Shown: in pieces, positions 17,707 to 28,766 of the stretch
How the letters are laid out: the number at the start of each line of letters is the position of its first letter
Position numbering within the stretch: the first letter of the stretch is position 1
Virus record (IMG/VR): IMGVR_UViG_3300030376_006003
Location: 32,001 to 96,000 of that record
From: a virus
Taxonomy: Duplodnaviria > Caudoviricetes
Reading direction: 5' to 3' (one strand)
DNA: 64,000 bases
Made by a program: the position numbers and the translations under genes
The notes under the pieces: generated by a model
What the model was told of the DNA's origin: nothing
Databases searched by the model: none
What the model saw: the letters and a program-made list of their open reading frames with translations, nothing else

Positions 17707-20700
17707 TATCTACTTGATGCGTTTAGTTTTGTATTATTTAATCTTAATAACATCTTCTTATCTCCTGAAACTAATCTTCTTAGTACAACATGATTATAAT
17801 AGTGTCTAAACTTCTTTCTTTCAAATGAAGATTTCAAAAGATTTATATTAGCCATATTTAAATCTCTTATATAACCATTTAATCTTGTTAGGTATATAGT
17901 ATTTTCTACTCCTGTAAATTCTCCTCTATCATTAGTAACATCCCAGAATTGGTTGAATCTATATTTCTGTTCTTCCTTACTGTATAATATATTTATATCA
18001 TTAGCATTGATTATAGGATAAGTAGTTATTAAAGGTGCATTATTTTTTGGAGATAAATCTAGTTTTAATAAACCGGATGTCTGTTCTGAATTATAAATCT
18101 CTGCTTCATCAAAGTTAAAATCTAATACATGGAATCTATCTCTACTGTCATTTTTATATACAAATGATTCTAATGAATATTCAACGCTTCTAAGAGTAGT
18201 TACTGTTTGACCTGAAGTTTCAAGTAAGTCAATTTCCCAAGGATAATCTACATCATAGAAATTAGCAAACTTATCTGTTCTTGCATTATGTCTCCATATT
18301 CCAGCTATATCATAATTAGGTGGTATACTATCTGAAAAGTCATAGTTGCATATTAAAGGATTACTTTGATCATTACATACTCCAGTTTCCCAATTCATGT
18401 TTGTACCATACCCTGGAGTACCTTCACAACTACATATTTGTCTTTCACAGGTAGGCCATAGGCCGGCACCACATGTACCAACTAATGAATAAGGAGGAGA
18501 AGCTGTTGGACATTCACAATCTCCCTTAATACATAGAGGTGTTTCAGTTTCACTACAATTACCAACTTTTTGATATGTATTATCAGGACATTCACATACT
18601 ATTGGTGGAGTACATGATTGAGCTACTATTACATCAGCTATATCCTGTGCATCTTGAGGATCATCAAATGTAGCTTGATAAGTATTAACACCTTCACCAT
18701 TACTTGGATTATAATTAGGTCCTGTACTGTCGTAATTTGCTCCATAATCTAACAGCTGTTGTGTAGTAGGACTACCGCTTGGATCTAAAATTACAGAATA
18801 TACTTCTAAATCAGAGTAAGCAGGATTATTAAGAACATTATTTATAAACCACTGTTCATTAGATCCAATTGTCCAGGATCCTAAACCTCCTTCATTTAAG
18901 GTTACAGTTGGCGTTACTACATCTAGGTCTGCTGGAGTCCATCCAAATGGTAAATCAGTATTAGAATTAAAGGTTTGATCAAAACCAGGACCAGCACAGT
19001 GACCATCAGCACCATCAGCTGCAAGAAATAGTTTCTTAGGTACACCTGGTCTTGAATTTGGTCCATATAATATAGCTAATGCATGCCAAAGACCACCAAC
19101 CGTATCTGTACCACAAGGTGTATCTGGTGTGTAACCAGGGTCATATGTATTTGCTCCAGTACCAATATGATAACCTGTTCCAGCAACAGTGCCATTACCT
19201 GGTGCATGAGGACCTGTATTATTTATACGGTCTGTCAACTCTTGTTCAACACTTGTTAAATCTTGAAGTTCGTTATCATTAAAACCAGTAAATGAACCTC
19301 CACCATTTTGTAGACCACCACCAAATCTTACAAATCCCATCCTGGTATTACCAAGAGCAAGTGAAGCTGAGAAACTGTTTACTATACCTGTACCAAAGGC
19401 TCTCATATTATCTACATTATCATTATTAGCCACACTGTTTGATGCATCTAAACATAGTACAGCATCAAATTCACATTGAACAGCACCGGTATAGCTATTA
19501 CTTGCACTAATTGAAACAGAGGTATTAGTTGCTACTATTATATCATCAATAAGGTTTGCTGGTTGAGAACCTACAGCACTTATCTCACACATATCTGTAA
19601 CTCCATTGTATGTATATCCTGGAGGACATATTGGTGTTGCTGATATACTTTTCTTAGTTGTTAAGAAATGATTTATACTATTAAATGCTAGTTCAGGATG
19701 CCAGTCATGGAATGAGATCCAAGCTTTAGCTTTAGGATCAAAACTAACTGTCCAAGAAATATCCTCAAAATAATCTGTGTCAGTTAAATCAACTGGTACC
19801 ACAGTCCATCCATCATTATATTGAAACTGCCCATTTTGATAAGACATATCAGCAGCTTTACTTGCAAGTGGTTTATAATCTCTTTTTGAGAAATATACAA
19901 TATCATTATTAGGATCATATATTGCTTGTACTCCTGCACCAATTACAGGATTGTCTACATATCTTGGATGTTCTTCTATTTCTGGAAAAGCTTTTAATAA
20001 TTGAGATGGTAGATATTTATTGAACCACCACTTCATACCTAGATCAGATATAGCCTCTATACCTTTACCTGAATATTTAAATATTTTACCTTGAGCTTGT
20101 GATACAAAGAACATACCTGCTGGTGTTTGTACAACACTTCTTGAACTCTCACATGATCCATATTCATGAGATACATTAGAGTTTGATACTTGTTGGAAAG
20201 TTTGACTAAATAAACCACCATCACCAATAGTTAATTTATTACCTGACTTAGCCATTTCTATTTGATCTGTTCCTTGAAATAATTGTGGAGATAATGTAGG
20301 GAATAATATTAAAGCTCCTGTTTGATTAGTAGGTACTATTGTATTAACTGTAGATTTAAAGTCTCTAAAATTCTCTGGTAAGAATGTTCTCCAATGGTCT
20401 GATCTTTCATCATTCTTGAATTGTTTTAATGATTTTGTATGAACTCCTACTGAAGGTAATGAGTATAATAATCTTTTAGGGTATTTAGTAAAGCAAGTTT
20501 CTGAAACTATTGGATCATACCATCTAGGTTGTATATTACCAAATGATGCTGTCCAGAATCTACGTATATTAAGAGACTGATCATATTTATAGAAGTTATC
20601 TCCTGATATATGATCTTTATGGAATAGTTCATGATAATCTGTATATCCTAGATGATCATAATGTTTTTTTCTTTTTACATCTTCCCAATCTCTAAAGCTA

Positions 20701-23700
20701 AGATTCATATCTGATTCAACAAAGAAATCTTGTATACCACTATTATGTGTATACATATAACCTAAGTTCTCTATAAATAAACCTCCTGTTCTTTTAACTC
20801 CGTCATCTGGTCCACCTGGATCATTAACTGTGGCACTATAATTATCTCTATCTGAACCTATATCACTAGTTCTAGGGGGAGCCCCACCTTTAGTTAATAA
20901 ATAATGATTAGTATTTCTATAACAACCATCTGGATCTAAACCATTAGCTCTATCTTCTGATCCTGGACGACAGAATTTATAACCACTACCAACACAATCT
21001 GTCCAACTACCAGGGTTACTGGTCCCATTAGCATCTGAACCACCACCATTTACATTAAGTGATCCTCTTTCAAAATCAACCCAACCTGCCCATCCTGACT
21101 CATTTACTGTATAGAATTCATTATAATATATAAAGTCTCTTGGATCATCTTCTGGCCAACAACTATCTACCCAACTTCCTCCACCTAAAGTACAACTTCT
21201 TTTATCTTTAATTGTATCACTTATAACTCCTGCTATAGTACATTCACCATTGTGGTTACATGATCCTCCAGGAAAACCTGGATATGCTGGAGTATTATAG
21301 GCAGGATTTCCAATAACTCCTGTATCAACACTATTAGCTACAGGATATAAAAATTCACCCGCATTCCAATCATATAAAGCTTTAAATGTTCTAACTACAC
21401 CTGAAAAATCAAAAGTCTTTGGAATAGAAGGTTGATGCATATCACCTTCAGGACGTACTAAATCTAACCAGTGGTCACTAGTACTTGATATACAATCATC
21501 ACCTTCCCAATTTATTAATGGAGTATCAAATTGATGACTTCTATGTCTAGCTTGTATACCAATTGCTACTTCTCTTTTTCTTGCAGGTTCAAGAGCTGAT
21601 GAAGGTGCTGTATACCCTGCAGCAACATACCAAGCTGCAGTTTCTCCAGGATGACTAATCCATTGAGTTTTACCTACACCATTTATCTCCCATGATTTAT
21701 CATCTAAATAATTAAAGACTGTTGCCATAATTTTACTTGATGAAGGAATCTTTACAACTTGTAAATGGAAGTTTGCCTCTTCAAAGTAGTTTGCAACTTC
21801 ACCACCAGAATTGTCTCCAAAAGCATTATATCCCATAAGATCACAGTCAATGGCTGTTGGTTGATCTAAATGATACATGTCAGATGGAAACGCCTCATCA
21901 AACTTAAAACTTAAATTTGTTATTGGTCTAACAAACTCTTCCATGCGGTACTTCTCTGTATTCATCCAGTATCTAGGAAAAGGTATGTTAGAGTAATATC
22001 TATAATCAAAAGGCATTCCGTCAGGGCCTTCTTTCATAAAATCAAACCAGAATGGCATTGTAACTTTTTCTGTATATCTTGATATATAAGTATCTCCTCC
22101 AAATAATGGTCCTGTATTAAATCTAGTATTAGTAGTTATATCATTTGTCATATCCTTAAATCTGAAAGGTTGTGACATTGGTGTAAATAAGACACTGTCT
22201 AATTGACCATATTGATTATCATTATCTACTTTTAATCCTACATAATGTGCAGCAATATTAGATTTAACTAAACCTGTAGGAGTCCACCAACTTACTGTAC
22301 TATTAGTTCCGTCTGCTGCACATTGTGCACCACCAATAACAAATTTTGAATCATCTAAGTTATTCCAGTTTCCTGGTGTATCTACACTGGTGTTAGTATT
22401 AATAACAACAGTAGAAGGTCTATGTAAATTATTTACAGCAACATCATCTATATATTGGATACCTTGTTTAATATACCTAGCTTTATTTATTTGATGTCTA
22501 TATGTAGAAGTACATTCTCCTGGTAATAAACCTTGACCTCCTATACACGTTCCTGCAGCAAATGGTCCATAATCACTATAGAATCCATGTGAGTTATATT
22601 TAAAAGCATAGTCTTGATAATCCACCATTTTAAGAATAAGATCTATAATCTTATCTCCACCTATAGCAACATAATTTAAGAAAGTTAATACACCTGTAAT
22701 CATTGAAAATAATGTAGGAGTACTTGTGAAATCACTCCCTACATATTCAATACTTTTATTAGGTCCAATATGACCAGCCATAAGTCCTGTAGTTCCTGTC
22801 TCAATCATTTGATAAATAGGAGTACCAATTTGTCTTGCTAATTTACCAGCACCAAATACAGAGGCTACATCTACAACAGTATTAAATGCTATATCTGCTA
22901 TAGCTCCAACAACTACTCCTGGAATATTTAATAGTACGTTTACTGCTGCTGCTGCTGTACCAGTACCTGGCATAGGAGTCATACCTGATCCTACTGCCAT
23001 TGTTTCCCCTGATGATTGAGATCTTGCTGTATTAATTTTTACATTTCTTTTACCTCTCATGTGGTTAAGTGCATAACCTACACCAATAATTGCTGCAATT
23101 AATACAGCTTTATTTTTAAGAAGTTTAGCTCCTGGGTGATCTTCTGACTTTTTAAAGTTTCCTTCTGCTCTACCTGTTAAAGTTTTATATACTACCATTT
23201 CAGATGGAGCAAGATACATCTGTGTAAAGTTAAGATCAGGAGAATGGAATGTATGATAATCTCTTGTAAATTCATTCAACGCTCTATTGTCATCTACCAT
23301 ATGAATTGTTGCATCATCCGTTGGTCCAAAAAGACTTCCTCTTCCTGTTATCCAATTACTTTCTACAGGATCACCACCAAATAAACTTGCCAACCAAGGG
23401 CTATCTGTAGTGCTAGCATCACCGTTTCCTCTATGTATTAAATATGGATCAAATGCTGTATCATTATATGGATAGTTTGCAAATAAACCCCATTTAATAT
23501 CACTACCTGTAGCTAAACTTGTTGCATTTGCTAAAGCTTCTCTAGGACCTTCTGTATCATCTAATGCAGAATTTTCTCCTGCAGATTGACCTGGTTCTAA
23601 AAGACTTCTTGTATGTTCATATCTTTCATAGGTCATCATATTTCTTATAATACCTTTTGCTATGATAGATTTATTACCATCCCTGTTTCCTACAAGTATT

Positions 23701-25367
23701 TCATATCCTGCAATATTAGGTATTATAGTTCCGTCATTATATCTTGGTGCAGCAATGTTAGAAAATTGAGCACCTAATATATTTATGTGTGTTGCACAAT
23801 TTTCAACACATGGTGTTGTTACAGTAGAGTTAGTTGCTAGTCTAGTTGATACATCTGTATTTTCATCAGGCATTTTATGATGTCTGATAGGTTTACCACA
23901 TAGATCAGGAGCACCTACAGCAAAAGTATCATTATATCTTTCAGGATCTGTAGCAGGATATTTTTCACTAGCAGCTTCCCAATAACCCATATTACCATAA
24001 GCAGTTAATACTCCACCATCATCTAAAGTTCCTGTTAAAGCTCCTGTATATGATGCTGTATTTATTACTTTAAAGTTTTTAGCTACCCCATCCCAAGTAT
24101 TAGTACCAACATAAGGGTCAGTTTCATTTCCTACTGGTGCTCTACCAGGTATGTGATATGCTTTAGATTTTTCTCCTGTATTATAAAAGAAACGTATAAA
24201 GAATGTATATACTTCATCTCTTAAGAAAGTTGGTTTGTTACCCCCATCTTTATAGTAATTTGAAGGATAGCTAGCAGAAACCCATTCCGTTATAATATCA
24301 TTAGCTAATGGTTGATAATTAAAATCAAATTGCTCTGTAGGTTGAGATCTTATTAAGTAATCATTAACTTCATACATTCCTGATGATTTTTCATATGCAG
24401 GATTTCTCAATAATAATCTTGATGATTTAACTTTTTCTAAATCAGGATCTAAATAATCAATATTTAATGTTGTAGTTTCAGTGCTATAGTAACCTAGTAT
24501 ATATGATACGTAACCATTATGAACTCTTGTTCTTACAACAACCTGCATGAATTCAAACTCCTTATCAATACCTGAGAATTTAACATCTAATGATCCTCCA
24601 TTATTTTCATGAGACCATAAGGATTGTAGATTAGACTGACCAAGGTAGTCTCCTATAATTTGATCATTAATAGAATATGCCACAAATACCTGATACATAC
24701 CATTAGGTAATTGACCGCCTTCATTAGCTTTTGTTAACTTTATAGTAGGAGTATCCAACAGCGGTGCTAATCTTATCTTTTCACAATCTAACTGTAAAGG
24801 TTCAAAGTTTACGTAAATTGCACAATCCTCTCCAGGAGTTGAATTATATGTTAAATAAGGAATATCATTAAGATTAATTGTTCTTGAAGGATTATACCCA
24901 TCATCCCAATATATTTGCCATGAGCAATCAAAGTTTTCTTTTGAAACTCCTATTATAAGATTATCTTTATGGAAATTTAAACAAGTATCATTTATGAGTG
25001 TTGTATATGTACATGTGCTGTCATCAAATTCACCTATCTCAGAAGCTTTATCATTTACAGGATTTCCATTAGCAGGATTTCTTTCTTCATTGTCTGTAGA
25101 AAATATAATCCACTTGTCTCCATAAAGATGTATCCCTCCTATAACAGTGTATGGAATTTCAGCACATAGTAGGTTTGCAGGCTCATTACCAATAACACCT
25201 GTATCACCGTCTATTGAGTTATTTATTGCATTTCTAGCATGTGACCAATTCTTCTTATCTAAATAAGTAGCGTGTGTATCTTTGATCATACCCTTCATTG
25301 GTAGATTAGTATCTACACTAGATGTTGAAGGATTTTTCTTAGCAGGTTGATTCTTTTTCTTTGCCAT
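17706..25367 (-). CDS. Tail muzzle / stabilisation protein (crAss Tstab-like), 2553 aa, with an inserted vWA domain
   Basis: Follows two ring-protein genes. It has a beta-rich N-terminus (ARNAIN, IYWDDGYNPSRTIN), FGGDTYISRY and WTVSFDP..KAWISFHDW segments typical of crAss-like stabilisation proteins, and a MIDAS-like DASNS. Confidence 0.75.
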   Translation of the reverse strand: MAKKKNQPAKKNPSTSSVDTNLPMKGMIKDTHATYLDKKNWSHARNAINNSIDGDTGVIGNEPANLLCAEIPYTVIGGIHLYGDKWIIFSTDNEERNPANGNPVNDKASEIGEFDDSTCTYTTLINDTCLNFHKDNLIIGVSKENFDCSWQIYWDDGYNPSRTINLNDIPYLTYNSTPGEDCAIYVNFEPLQLDCEKIRLAPLLDTPTIKLTKANEGGQLPNGMYQVFVAYSINDQIIGDYLGQSNLQSLWSHENNGGSLDVKFSGIDKEFEFMQVVVRTRVHNGYVSYILGYYSTETTTLNIDYLDPDLEKVKSSRLLLRNPAYEKSSGMYEVNDYLIRSQPTEQFDFNYQPLANDIITEWVSASYPSNYYKDGGNKPTFLRDEVYTFFIRFFYNTGEKSKAYHIPGRAPVGNETDPYVGTNTWDGVAKNFKVINTASYTGALTGTLDDGGVLTAYGNMGYWEAASEKYPATDPERYNDTFAVGAPDLCGKPIRHHKMPDENTDVSTRLATNSTVTTPCVENCATHINILGAQFSNIAAPRYNDGTIIPNIAGYEILVGNRDGNKSIIAKGIIRNMMTYERYEHTRSLLEPGQSAGENSALDDTEGPREALANATSLATGSDIKWGLFANYPYNDTAFDPYLIHRGNGDASTTDSPWLASLFGGDPVESNWITGRGSLFGPTDDATIHMVDDNRALNEFTRDYHTFHSPDLNFTQMYLAPSEMVVYKTLTGRAEGNFKKSEDHPGAKLLKNKAVLIAAIIGVGYALNHMRGKRNVKINTARSQSSGETMAVGSGMTPMPGTGTAAAAVNVLLNIPGVVVGAIADIAFNTVVDVASVFGAGKLARQIGTPIYQMIETGTTGLMAGHIGPNKSIEYVGSDFTSTPTLFSMITGVLTFLNYVAIGGDKIIDLILKMVDYQDYAFKYNSHGFYSDYGPFAAGTCIGGQGLLPGECTSTYRHQINKARYIKQGIQYIDDVAVNNLHRPSTVVINTNTSVDTPGNWNNLDDSKFVIGGAQCAADGTNSTVSWWTPTGLVKSNIAAHYVGLKVDNDNQYGQLDSVLFTPMSQPFRFKDMTNDITTNTRFNTGPLFGGDTYISRYTEKVTMPFWFDFMKEGPDGMPFDYRYYSNIPFPRYWMNTEKYRMEEFVRPITNLSFKFDEAFPSDMYHLDQPTAIDCDLMGYNAFGDNSGGEVANYFEEANFHLQVVKIPSSSKIMATVFNYLDDKSWEINGVGKTQWISHPGETAAWYVAAGYTAPSSALEPARKREVAIGIQARHRSHQFDTPLINWEGDDCISSTSDHWLDLVRPEGDMHQPSIPKTFDFSGVVRTFKALYDWNAGEFLYPVANSVDTGVIGNPAYNTPAYPGFPGGSCNHNGECTIAGVISDTIKDKRSCTLGGGSWVDSCWPEDDPRDFIYYNEFYTVNESGWAGWVDFERGSLNVNGGGSDANGTSNPGSWTDCVGSGYKFCRPGSEDRANGLDPDGCYRNTNHYLLTKGGAPPRTSDIGSDRDNYSATVNDPGGPDDGVKRTGGLFIENLGYMYTHNSGIQDFFVESDMNLSFRDWEDVKRKKHYDHLGYTDYHELFHKDHISGDNFYKYDQSLNIRRFWTASFGNIQPRWYDPIVSETCFTKYPKRLLYSLPSVGVHTKSLKQFKNDERSDHWRTFLPENFRDFKSTVNTIVPTNQTGALILFPTLSPQLFQGTDQIEMAKSGNKLTIGDGGLFSQTFQQVSNSNVSHEYGSCESSRSVVQTPAGMFFVSQAQGKIFKYSGKGIEAISDLGMKWWFNKYLPSQLLKAFPEIEEHPRYVDNPVIGAGVQAIYDPNNDIVYFSKRDYKPLASKAADMSYQNGQFQYNDGWTVVPVDLTDTDYFEDISWTVSFDPKAKAWISFHDWHPELAFNSINHFLTTKKSISATPICPPGYTYNGVTDMCEISAVGSQPANLIDDIIVATNTSVSISASNSYTGAVQCEFDAVLCLDASNSVANNDNVDNMRAFGTGIVNSFSASLALGNTRMGFVRFGGGLQNGGGSFTGFNDNELQDLTSVEQELTDRINNTGPHAPGNGTVAGTGYHIGTGANTYDPGYTPDTPCGTDTVGGLWHALAILYGPNSRPGVPKKLFLAADGADGHCAGPGFDQTFNSNTDLPFGWTPADLDVVTPTVTLNEGGLGSWTIGSNEQWFINNVLNNPAYSDLEVYSVILDPSGSPTTQQLLDYGANYDSTGPNYNPSNGEGVNTYQATFDDPQDAQDIADVIVAQSCTPPIVCECPDNTYQKVGNCSETETPLCIKGDCECPTASPPYSLVGTCGAGLWPTCERQICSCEGTPGYGTNMNWETGVCNDQSNPLICNYDFSDSIPPNYDIAGIWRHNARTDKFANFYDVDYPWEIDLLETSGQTVTTLRSVEYSLESFVYKNDSRDRFHVLDFNFDEAEIYNSEQTSGLLKLDLSPKNNAPLITTYPIINANDINILYSKEEQKYRFNQFWDVTNDRGEFTGVENTIYLTRLNGYIRDLNMANINLLKSSFERKKFRHYYNHVVLRRLVSGDKKMLLRLNNTKLNASSR

Positions 25368-25370
25368 TTT

Positions 25371-26258
25371 TTACACGTTTGTAGGTGTGCTCTTAAACAT
25401 ATTATAATAATTATGATATTGAGCTTTTCTATTTTTTTCCCATAGTGTTTTTAATTGTGCAAAATCTGGAGTATTCACAAATGATAATGCATTATTTCTT
25501 GCAGCTCTAAGTTTATTCTGCATAAAAGATAATTGATTAACAACATTCTCACCAGCAAACATCATGTTTTCTAGGATTCTTTCTTTCAATGCATACTCAT
25601 AATATTCATTACAATATGGATGATCTAATACTAACAGATCTCCATTTTCATCTTCCATTGCCCCTTGATAACTTATATATATTTTTCCTGATTTAAAGTT
25701 TGTTATAAGAAATCCATCTCTAATTTCAACATCATCTGCTCCTTGATATACAGGACATTCGTCACAACTGTCTCCCTGATTATCTTTAATGTTAATAGGA
25801 ATCATGTAGTTATAAATTCTATATATATCAGGATTTACTTTTTGAACTAACATTAATTCATTACCATCACAATCTTTTTCAATAACACATACGTTATCAC
25901 ATTTTGCTGTAGGATCATCACATGGTCCTGTATAACCTGGTTCTAATTTATAAGTTGCTTTATTTACAGCCTCTGTATTTGTCCCACTTGGCATTACAGT
26001 TTTTGTCTTATATGTACCACAGAGAGATCCATAGTTCAATACGTTAAAATCAGAAGGTAGTTTACCCTTACTATTTTCTATATCAACTATAGCATTTTTT
26101 GTTCTTTGTATCTTAAGACCTAAATCATAATTGCATCTTACAGCAACTTTAATTAATTGTTGAGGTTCTATCATTCCTTCTAGAGCATATGTTCTAAAAT
26201 CTACAGTAACATCTTCTAGTAGTTGATTAAAAGTTCTATATTTATGTGATACACTCAT
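25371..26258 (-). CDS. Tail ring/tubular protein
   Basis: 295 aa, immediately upstream of the muzzle gene; GFLITNFKSGKIYISYQG..DENG motif as in crAss-like tail tubular proteins. Confidence 0.65.
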   Translation of the reverse strand: MSVSHKYRTFNQLLEDVTVDFRTYALEGMIEPQQLIKVAVRCNYDLGLKIQRTKNAIVDIENSKGKLPSDFNVLNYGSLCGTYKTKTVMPSGTNTEAVNKATYKLEPGYTGPCDDPTAKCDNVCVIEKDCDGNELMLVQKVNPDIYRIYNYMIPINIKDNQGDSCDECPVYQGADDVEIRDGFLITNFKSGKIYISYQGAMEDENGDLLVLDHPYCNEYYEYALKERILENMMFAGENVVNQLSFMQNKLRAARNNALSFVNTPDFAQLKTLWEKNRKAQYHNYYNMFKSTPTNV

Positions 26259-26932
26259 TATTGTCTATTTATATTTATTTTATTATGTGAATCCTCCGGT
26301 GTAACTTTTAGTGAATTAAACTGTACATTTAGTATTTGATTCTCTATTTCTGCAAATAAGAATTCAGGTACGTATAGTTTCTGTAAATATCTTGGAACAC
26401 AGTCATCCTCTTCTGCACATGTCCAAGTTGATGTATCACCTTCAAAGACTCCTTCTAATTTAATACCGTCCCAGTCTATATTAGGAAAGTATAAATAACC
26501 ATCAACAAACCAATAGTATTTAGTATTGTTATATTTGAACGTTGTAGTCTTTGCCATAGAAACATAAGATCCTGGACTTGTAGGTTGTATCTCAACACTA
26601 CCGTCTAATGATGATACGGTTCTAACTAGTGGTCCCCAATAACCTTGCATAAAGGTTGGAAGCTTATGTTTACTTCTTTTTATAGTATGTCCTGAAGTTA
26701 AACCAGTACAACCAGCTTCTAGTTTATCAACCTCTATTAGCTCTACATGAGGTAATGTCTGCCAAATTGCGCTAAACTTCATTAGTTTATTGGCATGATC
26801 TTGCCTTCTCATTAACATCTGAGCATACTTTAGGATAAGACTATATAAGTATCTATCAGTAATAAAAGCGTCTTGTGACGTTGCTTTAAGGGATCCTCTG
26901 AGTCTTGATATTGCTTCTCCTATTGTTGTCAT
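26258..26932 (-). CDS. Tail ring protein
   Basis: 224 aa; N-terminal helix followed by a beta core (YWFVDGYLYF..IKLEGVFE); consistent synteny. Confidence 0.6.
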   Translation of the reverse strand: MTTIGEAISRLRGSLKATSQDAFITDRYLYSLILKYAQMLMRRQDHANKLMKFSAIWQTLPHVELIEVDKLEAGCTGLTSGHTIKRSKHKLPTFMQGYWGPLVRTVSSLDGSVEIQPTSPGSYVSMAKTTTFKYNNTKYYWFVDGYLYFPNIDWDGIKLEGVFEGDTSTWTCAEEDDCVPRYLQKLYVPEFLFAEIENQILNVQFNSLKVTPEDSHNKININRQ

Positions 26933-26933
26933 A

Positions 26934-27458
26934 TTACTTCTTTTTGTTTTTATACATATCTGTAACTCTAATTTTTGTTCTCATAGTGACAAATTTTTTC
27001 CAATTCTTAGGATAAAATTTTGCTACAGCTCTTTTAAATTGCCTTACTGCTGTAAACTGCCATAACTCTCTAGTTTTAAACTTATACCTAGGAGAATAAT
27101 TTGTATAAAATATTTTACCTACATGACCATCTGTATCCCAGTTCTTGTTTTGTATAAGCTTTCCATACTTTTTTGATAAGGCATAATCAACATTAACCTT
27201 TTTAGCAGCAGGACAGCTTCCTATAAACAAGTAACCTAGAAACTCTGGAAGTTCAACTCCATTTCTATTATTTAGAACCATGTCCCAGATTTTACCATTA
27301 AAGCTTGATATAACTTTTTTTAGTTTATTATTATCAACACTTGAATACATAGGATTCTTATCCTTAAATTTATCTAATGTATCAGAGTTTAACAAGTTCA
27401 AAACCTTTTCTTTATATCTGGGTTTATTTAAATCTGGTCCTTTATAATTACCTATCAT
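26934..27458 (-). CDS. IHF/HU-like basic DNA-binding protein
   Basis: Very basic; GVELPEFLGYLFI resembles the HU/IHF beta-arm entry. crAss-like phages carry an IHF-like gene beside the tail genes. Confidence 0.55.
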   Translation of the reverse strand: MIGNYKGPDLNKPRYKEKVLNLLNSDTLDKFKDKNPMYSSVDNNKLKKVISSFNGKIWDMVLNNRNGVELPEFLGYLFIGSCPAAKKVNVDYALSKKYGKLIQNKNWDTDGHVGKIFYTNYSPRYKFKTRELWQFTAVRQFKRAVAKFYPKNWKKFVTMRTKIRVTDMYKNKKK

Positions 27459-27469
27459 ATTTCATACAT

Positions 27470-27479
27470 TATAATTTAC
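27470..27479 (-). promoter_or_regulatory. Putative late promoter motif GTAAATTATA
   Basis: Preceded by a T-tract; 11 nt upstream of the 27458 start. Confidence 0.45.
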
Positions 27480-27503
27480 AAAAAAAAGAGGAGTTATTCA
27501 AAC

Positions 27504-28685
27504 TTATTCAGGAGAATATGATAACTCACAAATTTCCCCTTTTATAGGGCTATGCAAAGACAATACACCAGATCTTCTGGATCCTACAAATTTATTATGA
27601 TAATGGTAATAATCTGTACGTGAAAGACTTGGTAGAATTTTTAACATAAAACCTGTCTTTTCATGTTCAGTTATATATTCTATTTTCTTTTTATGGTGAT
27701 AATGTCCTGTATATAATGTTCTATATAAAGTTTTACCCCACTCTCTAGGATACTCCATGGAATATACCATTAATGAATTCTTAGTATTAACATCTCCATG
27801 TTCAAAAGCAAAGAAGTTATCTCCATATACAAACACTTTTCTTTCAAGATATACAACATCCCATATTATTTTTGGATCATCAAAACATTTAGATAATGCG
27901 TGTGCTAAATGAAATGAAGATAATCTATCATGATTACCAGGTATATAAACTACTTGTAATTCATCACAAAATTGTTTAATGTAATTAATACTCCATTGTA
28001 TAGCATTAAAAGCTTGCATATATGCCTCTGTAGCTGTTTTACAGTTATCTAATGGTGTTCCACTAGTGGTACTACCATTCCATGTATCCATGTTGATTAA
28101 ATCTCCTCCTACTACATAATATATTTTTTCTAGATGATGTGATCCAGATGCTCTTGCTACTAAATCTACTATTGTTTCTTCAAAATCTTTATCTATAGTT
28201 TCATTACCTTCTTTACCAAAATGTATATCTTGTAAAGACAAAACTCCAGCTGTTTTTATTTTACCTGGAGTTTCTAGTCTTTTTACTTCTTTATATTTTT
28301 TTGGTTTAAAACCTTTTAATAATTCAGCAACATTATCTACCTCATTATCTTTTAATTTAGTAACCATTGCTGATACACGCCAATGATCACCCATTTGTTT
28401 ATTCCAATAACTTGATAACTTCCATTGAGTTGTATCTATATTTAATATATCAATTATTTCTTCAGGTGATTTAGGTTCTGAAGCACTCATTGTCTCCATT
28501 TTTGCTTCACCTTTTTCTAGATTATATTCATATGAGGTTGCTGTATTCTCTAGTAAATCCTGTGATTTTACATAATCTTTTAGTTTGTCATAATCTTCTA
28601 CTGAAATTTCTAGTCTTTCTGCACAATATTCAGATGTTTTTTTCCACTTAAATGATGTTCTAATCTTGTCAAATAATGATTCCAT
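27504..28685 (-). CDS. Calcineurin-like metallophosphoesterase with an N-terminal extension
   Basis: All five motifs are present: DIH, GDLIN, GNHD, EHGD, GHYH. Confidence 0.85.
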   Translation of the reverse strand: MESLFDKIRTSFKWKKTSEYCAERLEISVEDYDKLKDYVKSQDLLENTATSYEYNLEKGEAKMETMSASEPKSPEEIIDILNIDTTQWKLSSYWNKQMGDHWRVSAMVTKLKDNEVDNVAELLKGFKPKKYKEVKRLETPGKIKTAGVLSLQDIHFGKEGNETIDKDFEETIVDLVARASGSHHLEKIYYVVGGDLINMDTWNGSTTSGTPLDNCKTATEAYMQAFNAIQWSINYIKQFCDELQVVYIPGNHDRLSSFHLAHALSKCFDDPKIIWDVVYLERKVFVYGDNFFAFEHGDVNTKNSLMVYSMEYPREWGKTLYRTLYTGHYHHKKKIEYITEHEKTGFMLKILPSLSRTDYYHYHNKFVGSRRSGVLSLHSPIKGEICELSYSPE

Positions 28686-28701
28686 TTATTTTATTTTGGT
28701 T

Positions 28702-28718
28702 AATAATTTACAAATATA
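28702..28718 (-). promoter_or_regulatory. Overlapping TATATTTG (-7 type) and GTAAATTATT (late-type) elements
   Basis: Minus strand reads TATATTTGTAAATTATT upstream of the 28685 start. Confidence 0.45.
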
Positions 28719-28730
28719 TAAAAAATATTT

Positions 28731-28766
28731 AAAAAAAAAGGTCCAGTGTTAACCCCGGACCTTTTC
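28731..28766 (-). terminator. Intrinsic terminator
   Basis: AAAAGGTCC...GGACCTTTT stem followed by a long T-tract on the minus strand. Confidence 0.7.
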
